Assembly: GCA_004764695.1 (NCBI GenBank)
Contig: SMSO01000008.1
Coordinates: forward strand, 62,001 to 126,000
DNA: 64,000 nucleotides
From: Schizochytrium sp. TIO01
Lineage: Eukaryota > Protista > Bigyra: Labyrinthulomycetes
Direction: 5' to 3'
Shown: piece after piece, positions 56,746-64,000 of the stretch
How the letters are laid out: each line of letters begins with the position of its first letter
Position numbering within the stretch: position 1 is the first letter of the stretch
Notes under the pieces: model-generated
Told to the model about the DNA's origin: nothing
Seen by the model: only the letters and a program-made list of their open reading frames with translations
The model's database searches: none
Position numbers and translations under genes: made by a program

Positions 56746-57672
56746 GTGATGTCTCGACTGCTCTTTGCTCGCCCTCTCTCACTGGAGTGGTTGCACAAGC
56801 AGTCTGCTCGCGAGGCGAAGGGGTACAAGCGAGAGGATGCCGAGAAACTTGCTCTTATTTACCTCTCGAAGAGTGACGACTCTGCCTTTGTGTACAGCCT
56901 TGACGAAGTTTGGAAACTTGCGGGTTACAGTAGAAAGGACATTGCTAAACGAGCTATCTTCGGTTCGAAGTTACAGAGTTGTACAGGGGAAGGGCTTAAA
57001 AGGGGCGAAGAAGTAAAAATTTTTAAATACTATCACGAGCACGAAAATAAGAAAGGAATAACAAAAACCAAAACAGAAGTAAAAAACGAAGAAACGAAGA
57101 ATGCCCCACCACCACCAAGGAAGCGCGTGCGCAGGCAGCACGGCGGTCACAATCGCGAGGATATCCGTATGACTCGCTTCGGGCTTGTGAAGTTCCTTCT
57201 CTCTGGGCGGACTCCGGCCTCCACCGCACTTGCACTCTTCTTAGTGAAACTTGGTTGTGCCCACCTTCGAGCTTTGTCTGATCCGGAGGTAGTGCTACCT
57301 AGCAGTTACTACGAGGAACATGCAGATGCCCATGCAGAATTATTGAGTGACTTAGCTACGTGTCAAGCGGCGACAGGAGCGAAGACTTTGCACGACCAGA
57401 CTGCGGATAGACTTGCGCTAGAGCATGGAGGTAGGCGCGAGGTTGTACTCTCTAGTGGCTCGCGTCCGGATGTCGTGACGGATGCTTATGTCATTGAAGT
57501 GAAGCCTTCGCGGGAGTGGATGCATGGCCTCGGACAGGCCCAGGCTTACGCAGAGGAGACTGGCTTGGAGCCTTACCTCTTCCTGATTGGCCAGCCTAGC
57601 GAGCTAGCGAAAACTGTCTGCAGATCGAAGGGCGTAAAGCTGGGATTCTGTTTGCCTTCGCGGCCTTTTTAA
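56746..57672 (+). CDS. MSV199/antirepressor-like DNA-binding domain + PD-(D/E)XK nuclease-like domain
   Basis: LDEVWKLAGYSRKDIAKR and HGGHNREDIRMT..; C-terminus RPDVVTDAYVIEVK...WMHGLGQAQAY is homologous to the C-terminus of 50335..51270. Confidence 0.8.
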   Translation: MMSRLLFARPLSLEWLHKQSAREAKGYKREDAEKLALIYLSKSDDSAFVYSLDEVWKLAGYSRKDIAKRAIFGSKLQSCTGEGLKRGEEVKIFKYYHEHENKKGITKTKTEVKNEETKNAPPPPRKRVRRQHGGHNREDIRMTRFGLVKFLLSGRTPASTALALFLVKLGCAHLRALSDPEVVLPSSYYEEHADAHAELLSDLATCQAATGAKTLHDQTADRLALEHGGRREVVLSSGSRPDVVTDAYVIEVKPSREWMHGLGQAQAYAEETGLEPYLFLIGQPSELAKTVCRSKGVKLGFCLPSRPF

Positions 57673-58664
57673 CAGAAAGCACTGTCATTCTCGTCGAGTT
57701 GGAGCCCGCAAATGCGTCTCCCTCCATTGCTAAACTCTTCGCAAGAATAAAGACCTTCTCTCTCCGCGACTTCGAGCATGAAATCCTGGATAGACTTGAA
57801 GACAGGCCCGTGCGCATCCACTCCAGCTTTGCGGTAATTGGCGTCCCCTGAGTGTGCGATCTCATGCACGAGAACCCGCATGGTGGAGTTCACGGGATCA
57901 AAATCGTTCGCGTTTTTGCGCAAACAGAGCTCAAACAGCATTCCTTTGCCACTGTTGGCACCCACAGTGGTCCCACCTGGTTGAAAAAGTTCTACAAGGA
58001 GCAGAGGCCGATTGAGGTGCTTCTTGAGGATCCTCTTCATATTTTCTGTGACCTCTCTGCCGTCCACGCTGTTCAAAGGTTTGCCTTCCTTTACAAGGTC
58101 GTCGATGCGTGCAATCAAAATCATGGCGCGCCTCTGGAGCTCTGCGAGATGGTTAGCAGCTTGCTCGTCTCCAGGGACCCCTGCAGCTACGAAATAACCT
58201 TGGTCGTCTAGATCTGCGGTCTTCTTCAGCAATCTCGCTTTGCCGCTCTTGGCCTCGCCCATATTTTTTCTCACGAGAGACACAGCTTTGGTCCCTCCAG
58301 CTTCAACCACATTTTTCCCTATACTCACTTCTTCTCCTTCTTTGACCTGATCTCTCGTAAGGTTCTGTGGTTCTGCACTGACAGAAATTATTGAGGTGGG
58401 CGAGGCTAGATCAGAGTAATTGTCCGTCCAAGTTCTGTAAGCAACTACAATAGCAAGTAGCACAAGCATTGCGAAAATGATTGTGGCTCCGAAACGGTAT
58501 CCGCTGTCTCCTCCGTCGCCAGGCCCGAGGTGTTGCGACGTCATTCTTCTTCTTCTCTTTGGTTTTCTTTTTTTTCGAGGTGGTGGTGATGAATGCAACC
58601 CCCTTTCAAATTTGATGATTTGATATAATAATAATAATAATATAACAATGAAGAAAAGAACCAA
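57669..58664 (-). CDS. WLM-like zinc metallopeptidase of the giant-virus type, membrane-anchored
   Basis: AANHLAEL, NSGKG...LCLR, NSTMRVLVHEIAH, HGPVF, ICGL. Likely start is the ATG at ~58544 (MTSQH). Confidence 0.85.
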   Translation of the reverse strand: MVLFFIVILLLLLYQIIKFERGLHSSPPPRKKRKPKRRRRMTSQHLGPGDGGDSGYRFGATIIFAMLVLLAIVVAYRTWTDNYSDLASPTSIISVSAEPQNLTRDQVKEGEEVSIGKNVVEAGGTKAVSLVRKNMGEAKSGKARLLKKTADLDDQGYFVAAGVPGDEQAANHLAELQRRAMILIARIDDLVKEGKPLNSVDGREVTENMKRILKKHLNRPLLLVELFQPGGTTVGANSGKGMLFELCLRKNANDFDPVNSTMRVLVHEIAHSGDANYRKAGVDAHGPVFKSIQDFMLEVAEREGLYSCEEFSNGGRRICGLQLDENDSAFC

Positions 58665-58718
58665 AAAAACTGTATTTTAGTATTCGATTTAAAATAAATA
58701 AATCAAGCAACCACAGCA

Positions 58719-59933
58719 ATGAACGCCCAGCGCGCTAATGTAGAGGTTGGTCAGATGGATTTGAATCCCTTCAATCCCAACGAAGCTCGCCAAATGGGGC
58801 TCGTCTCCACACAGTTCGGTGTTTTTTCCACCCTGTGCCTGGCAGCCTCGGCTCTGGTGATCTATTCTATTGTCCATGCGGCGAGGTTTCAAACACAAGG
58901 AGGTCTGGAACCAACCACTTCTCTTATTTCTAGCTCTTCGGGTCCCTCAGATGAAACCTCTAGTAGTACACTAGCTGCTTCGGAGACCACCACACCCACT
59001 CTAAGTGAGGGCAGGGAGCGAGCAGGTCTCATTTTACTTGCCACGGGGGCTTCTGCAATGTCGATTGTGCTCATTGTCATATCATTTTTTGCATTTGAAG
59101 CGCGCTCCGGCGTCGGCTCATCTCTGCACGTGCTGGCCTCCTTCTACGTAGCTTTTGCGTTGCTGTTCATGATTGGTACAATAGTCTACTCTCGTCAGCT
59201 CGTCGAGACTGGCTACCCAAGTGGAGTGATGGGAAAGTTTTATGCCTTTGCAAGTGCCGTAATGCTTGTTCTAATTGTCGCGACAGGCGCCTTCATGCGA
59301 AAGAGAATCGAGGAGTCTGCTTTGTGGCTGGCTGTTGTTGCTTTTGTGATAGGCGCCACGGCCTTTGGTATTGAATGGCCTTGGTGGAGTGCCTTTATTG
59401 TAGGTCTTTTTGCGGGTCTATCTGCTGCGCTTTGGGTTGGTCTTTCACCCGTGTTAAGTCTTACTGTGGGTTGCGCTTCGGCCGCTACGAGTTTGCTTGT
59501 AAAATTGCTCGATGACGAGCATAAAGGAACCAATCGTGGCAGCATGATTGGCCTCATTGCTGGCTTCTTTGGTGTCTGCGCAATGCTTCTAGCAGGGATA
59601 GCCATTGTAGCGCGCCGCAGGCAAGATCCATTCGGCTTTTTTCAGACTACACAGGACCAGTTTACGACGCCGCCAGACTTTGAGTACCACAGCAAGTCAA
59701 ATGAAGTTCCTATCATTGAGAGGGGATTTGAAAATTACTTCGATGCTTTAGACAGAACTCACCGCCAGCTCCGCCAGCAGCACAAGGCGAGAGAGAAAGC
59801 AGAGGAAAAGGATGAAGGTCACGCCGACCACCACAGCGACGCCGGCGCAGAGCAAGCAGCGGGAGAAGAAGGGGACAATCACCACGATCGTTTCTGGCAC
59901 ACTGACGATCAAGCAGGTACACACGTTGTTTAA
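58719..59933 (+). CDS. Polytopic membrane protein
   Basis: 404 aa with about 8 hydrophobic segments and a charged His-rich tail. Confidence 0.8.
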   Translation: MNAQRANVEVGQMDLNPFNPNEARQMGLVSTQFGVFSTLCLAASALVIYSIVHAARFQTQGGLEPTTSLISSSSGPSDETSSSTLAASETTTPTLSEGRERAGLILLATGASAMSIVLIVISFFAFEARSGVGSSLHVLASFYVAFALLFMIGTIVYSRQLVETGYPSGVMGKFYAFASAVMLVLIVATGAFMRKRIEESALWLAVVAFVIGATAFGIEWPWWSAFIVGLFAGLSAALWVGLSPVLSLTVGCASAATSLLVKLLDDEHKGTNRGSMIGLIAGFFGVCAMLLAGIAIVARRRQDPFGFFQTTQDQFTTPPDFEYHSKSNEVPIIERGFENYFDALDRTHRQLRQQHKAREKAEEKDEGHADHHSDAGAEQAAGEEGDNHHDRFWHTDDQAGTHVV

Positions 59934-60124
59934 ATAAAAGAGATTACCTTCTGTGAGGGAGGGAGTGAGTGAACAGAAAAAATAATATTTTTTTCTGGGC
60001 TTTAGAGAAAATAGGAAATTTTAATAGAGAAAACCAAAAGACCTTGTTGTTCTATTAGAAATCAACGTAGTAAAGTATATTTAAAAAAGAAAAGAACGAA
60101 AACAAAAAAAAACAATCATCAAAA

Positions 60125-60841
60125 ATGGATCAGGTCATGGATGGTTTGAATGACTTTGATCAGGTTTACCCTAGCATTGCAAGGGAAAAGAAGCTCCGCG
60201 AGCGCAAAGAGCTCTTGGAGCAGCTACTCGAAGCCTTGGACCGGCAGACAGTTGAAAATCTCCGTGTTTCCGCAACTGGTGAAATTGTGAGGACAAAAGA
60301 AGAGACCGAGCATTTGAATCAACAACAAAAAGCTCCAACTTCGTCACCTCGACCAAAAGGAGCGAGGCTCGTGAATATGGACGACCTGCCTAAAGAAGGA
60401 GAGCTAAACGAATTACTCTTCGGGCGACCAGGTAAAAACATTGATTCCCCTGAGAATATTCCCACAGAGAAGCCGGCAATTGAATTCCAAACAGCTCGCC
60501 GAGTTGCAGATGGAAAGGCTTTTCACCGGCTCTACATGAACAGATTCCCGTGGGAGTTTCTGATCATCATTGGAATGCTTTCCTTCGCGTGCTTCTTTCT
60601 CTATCTTCGCATGCGCAGACTCTCTTCGGCTGTGCTGCAAAAGCGGCGCAGTTTGCGTAGAAAGAAATCCTCGGTGCGTCAGGAATCGCAGTTGGATTCC
60701 ATTGATCTGAGAGAAATGATCCGGGGTGAAATTAGAGCCGCTCTAGCTGTCCAAACGGCAAAACATGAGCCAGGAGCAGCGGTGACTACTACTACCAGAG
60801 ACGCAATGCCCTTATTGCCGCCTATCCGCGTATCTTCTTAA
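60125..60841 (+). CDS. Hypothetical single-TM protein
   Basis: 238 aa; N-terminal coiled coil; TM FLIIIGMLSFACFFLYL followed by a basic patch. Confidence 0.75.
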   Translation: MDQVMDGLNDFDQVYPSIAREKKLRERKELLEQLLEALDRQTVENLRVSATGEIVRTKEETEHLNQQQKAPTSSPRPKGARLVNMDDLPKEGELNELLFGRPGKNIDSPENIPTEKPAIEFQTARRVADGKAFHRLYMNRFPWEFLIIIGMLSFACFFLYLRMRRLSSAVLQKRRSLRRKKSSVRQESQLDSIDLREMIRGEIRAALAVQTAKHEPGAAVTTTTRDAMPLLPPIRVSS

Positions 60842-63563
60842 TTTTCTTGGGCCGTGTGATGCCTCGGATATCTCGGATTTCTAGATCATTTCCTCGGCGC
60901 TTCCGCAAGCGCGGAACAACTTGTCTCCTCTGCTTTAACTTGTTTTGGTGCTCCGCGCGACGTTTTTCGTCGGCCTGTTTCACTTGCCTCTCTTTGCGAT
61001 CAGCGGTTCGGTCTTCAACGGGTTCTCTTGCGAGCTCGTGTAGCAGGGGCTGCTCTTTCTCTTTTTGAGGTTTTTTGGGTTGCTGCTGTTGCCTTATTAT
61101 TGGTTCGACCGGAGCACGTGGCTTAGTGTGAACAGGTTGTGGCTGTTGTTGCCTCTGCCCTGGTGTATCACTTCGATGTATGTTTTGGTAACTTCGTACT
61201 TGCTGACTGATTCTCGCAATCTCTTCGTTGGTCATAGGCTTTGGTGCTAGACTCTGCTGCTGCTGTTGGTTGTGATAATGCTGCCGAGGTAACTGTGACT
61301 GTTGGTGATAAAATTGCTGTGGTTGTTTGCGGGGATACTGCTGCTGCTGCTGCTGGTTGTGGTAATGCTGCCGGGTCTGAGGCGGTTGCTGTGGCGGCTG
61401 TCGGTGATAAGGGGGTAGAGCATGAGGTTGCTGCTGTTGCTGCTGCTGCTACCGCCCTGAAGATCCCGTGTAATTCATTCTTCGCAACCCATTCGACGTA
61501 TCATCTTGCTTTATCGCTCTATTTCGAATTTGCAGAAACCGCCTTGTCGCTTCCTCTTTCGATAGGCTCGTTTCTGCTTGTCTGGAATATTGAGATCCGT
61601 TTCTTCGCTGTGGGGAAGGGGTTCTCTTTTTGCTTCTATTTGGATCTCTCTGTTCCGCCCTGCCCACTCGAGAATGCTCATTTCCGCTAACCTCGTTCTG
61701 GCGAGACTTTGATGATAAAGTTGAAGCACCTGCAATACCTAAAGAAGCAAGCAAACCTCGGGATGCGGTAGCACCTGTTGCTGCTCCTTCTTGGAAATTC
61801 TGGTGTTTCCTGTTACCTGAATAGCCGTTGTCGCCCTGTTCGCGCTCGCCTACTTCACGAATGTTTTCCTGCCCCCTTCTTAATGCAGCTTGTTTCTTCT
61901 GCTCCTTGGCGTAATGCTTAGCTCCCTGGTCGACCTTCTTTTGAAACTCAGCGAGGAAGTTGCGAGTCGAAGTACCGGCTTTGTCTACGGGCCCCCCTTG
62001 TCCCATGACAGAAGAAATTCCTTGGCCAACTGTACTCAGAATATCCGCTGCCTGGCGACTTCCTTGTTTTGCGTAGCCAGATAGCTTATCAACGCCTCGA
62101 GCAAGATCGCTTGCAGAGACAACATAATGCTTGCCGCGTGTATCCCTAAACCGGAAGTACCCGGATTGGTCGTTCTTGTGTACTACCGCCTCCTTGCCAA
62201 AGTCAATTCCGGAGCCAGGGAAACTGAATTGACTGCGATCCTTAAAGGATTTTACATCGACGAACTCTACCGGACTTCCGTCCCATTTCGCACCTGATGG
62301 GGAGAGTAAACTATTGAAACCATTCAACGCTCTCGATCCTTGGGTATACATCTCACCAGCTAAACCATTTGATATAGCTTTGGTCCCCTTTGATACCTTT
62401 TTCACCACTCCAAGAGCAAGCCCACCCCCGATAATGTTACCAAGTGCATCTACATTCGTATTCCACTGAGAGGTTCCGTTTCCAAAGAAGGGATTGTTGA
62501 GATTGTTCTCTAACTTCAGCACACCAGTGTTCAGTTCATGTCTCGCGGGATATATGTAAGGCATCATATCATACTGATGAGGTTGTTGTTGCTGTATGAG
62601 TTTATCCAAGCCTTTCATGCTGTCTGGGTAAGCGGATCCTTTGATACTTGGAAGCTCAGGACCGTTGACAGGATAAACCGATGGTCCTCCAGTAACAGAA
62701 TCCGGAAGCTTGATTCTAGGCAACTTGGGATCTTGCAAAAGGTGGCGCTGTATTCTCAGTTGGCCCACAGTTGGTGCAGGAGGCCGCTCAGGGCCATTTC
62801 GCGCATAAACAGAGGGAGCAGGCGGTGTTTGCATTGGAGGCCTAAATCTATTTCGTTCTGGGTGCTGCAAGCGCTCCCTTTGTTCCCTTAATTGATCTGC
62901 TGTGGGTAAAGGGGGTCTTTCAGGACCGAACACTCTCTGATTCTGCGCTTGCGGCACCCCTAACAAACTCTGCTGTTGCTCTTGTACCCGTTGCGACTGT
63001 GGTCGGTCCAGGGCCTCTGGGCGGTTAGGTATTTCCCTTTGTGTATTACCACGATTTCTATTGTTTCTGTAATTGTGAATGAGCCCTGCGAGGGATGCAT
63101 AGAGATACTTTAGAAGGTTTCCAAAGTGTGAGACGCCGTTGCGAAAGACCCCAAAGAACACAAAGAAAATGAATGTTAGACCGAAGACCAGAAGCTGTAA
63201 GCCCGCAATTCTGTTATTCTGAATGATGAGCACCAAGCCTGCAAGACAGGCCAGGACGCACATAAGCAAACCAATTAAGTAAACCACAGCGATATAGTCC
63301 TGGACCCTCCTGATTTTACTGTACCACATTCTCACTTCCAGAAACGCCCAGGTTACAGCGCTACAAGCAATCAAGCTGATGAGAAAAATCTCGATGCACC
63401 GCCTTAGAACGTTCGCACTTGTGCTATTCTGCTGCCTTTGCTCTGCATTGCCCGCCCTTTCGTAGAAAGCAAAGACGAAAATCAGTGCCACAGTAACAAG
63501 AAGCAGGGCAAACGAGCGAGTGCGCAATTCATTGGTCCTCCTTACGAGGAAACTCTGATCCAT
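60822..63563 (-). pseudogene. Large membrane protein (4 N-terminal TMs, P/Q-rich tail) interrupted near 61400-61500
   Basis: ORF 61449..63563 stops at a TAG heading a CAG run. A Q-rich frame (PYHRQPPQQ...QQQQSLAPKP) then runs in frame into ORF 60822..61235. Confidence 0.6.
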
Positions 63564-63653
63564 CCTTTACTTGTTTATTTTCTTTTATATTCTTCTCTTT
63601 GTTTTGTTGTCGTCGCGTCGTTGCCGTTTGTTGACCCCTTTTATCTTACACGT

Positions 63654-64000
63654 CTATAAAAAATTACTTTTTTCGTGTTGCGGATCTATCTGGTGGTGAT
63701 GATATTGTTTCGCTTTCAGAAGTCGGGCCCAAAATACAATAATGAGAACCACTTTCAGTAAGGCCATGAAGATTCCCCACACAATGACGAAACCTACTAT
63801 CCTGACGCCCAGGATCCTCGATTTGGAAAAGATACAACAGATTACACCCGTCGCAAAAAGCAAGAGAGTGGCTAAACATAAGTAGCGCTGAGAGATGCTA
63901 AGATTTACTTGCTGCTCAGGGATATACTCCAAACCAGTGTAAACTCGGAACCAGAACACACCAGCAGAGAGCCAGGAAAAGACAAGTCCGTAAATGAGAA
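63654..64000 (-). CDS. Hydrophobic membrane protein, 5'-partial
   Basis: Frame stays open to the window edge (LIYGLVFSWLSAGVFWFR...); several TM segments. Confidence 0.65.
   Translation of the reverse strand, partial: LIYGLVFSWLSAGVFWFRVYTGLEYIPEQQVNLSISQRYLCLATLLLFATGVICCIFSKSRILGVRIVGFVIVWGIFMALLKVVLIIVFWARLLKAKQYHHHQIDPQHEKSNFL

Larger units (their letters stand above)
21500..64000. mobile_element. Endogenous large dsDNA virus element (NCLDV- or mirusvirus-like), continuing past the right edge
   Basis: Abrupt switch from gene-poor AT-rich DNA to dense intronless ORFs on both strands with short A/T-rich spacers. Gene set typical of giant viruses: AEP-UL9 helicase, WLM-like peptidase, OTU, MSV199-like and PD-(D/E)XK proteins, glycosyltransferase. 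Confidence 0.85.

Noticed and set aside
63410-63420. CGTTCGCACTT, matching the HSV UL9 binding box
   Set aside because: Single copy inside a coding region with no paired box or AT spacer; plausibly chance.
1-64000. tRNA, rRNA, capsid, DNA polymerase or integrase genes
   Set aside because: None recognised by eye; divergent structural genes among the hypotheticals cannot be excluded.

Overview
The window has two parts. Bases 1 to ~21.4 kb are AT-rich, gene-poor eukaryotic host DNA. They hold one intronless integral-membrane gene running off the left edge (missed by the ORF track), microsatellites, a small TIR/hairpin repeat family and decayed gene or transposon remnants. A thraustochytrid-like protist host is an inference only. 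From ~21.5 kb to the right edge is a gene-dense, intronless, more GC-rich block that reads as an integrated large dsDNA virus (Nucleocytoviricota- or Mirusviricota-like; no capsid or polymerase hallmark was recognised here). It encodes an AEP primase/Zn-finger/UL9-like SF2 helicase fusion, WLM-like and M11-like metallopeptidases, an OTU protease, a glycosyltransferase, a degenerate Fic protein, a Myb/SANT-like protein, shuffled DNA-binding/PD-(D/E)XK proteins and many membrane proteins. The most striking signal is three Crinkler-type toxin genes (two HNH, one REase+kinase) carrying coiled-coil headers. One HNH gene sits in a 1.9-kb cassette bracketed by a 66-bp duplication of the neighbouring gene's 3' end, with a hairpin at the junction. 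A second repeat-gene-repeat-gene-repeat array duplicates the start of the Fic gene. Together these suggest gene-cassette insertion with long target duplications. Several frameshifts indicate decay or assembly error. All family assignments come from motif recognition by eye, not from database searches.
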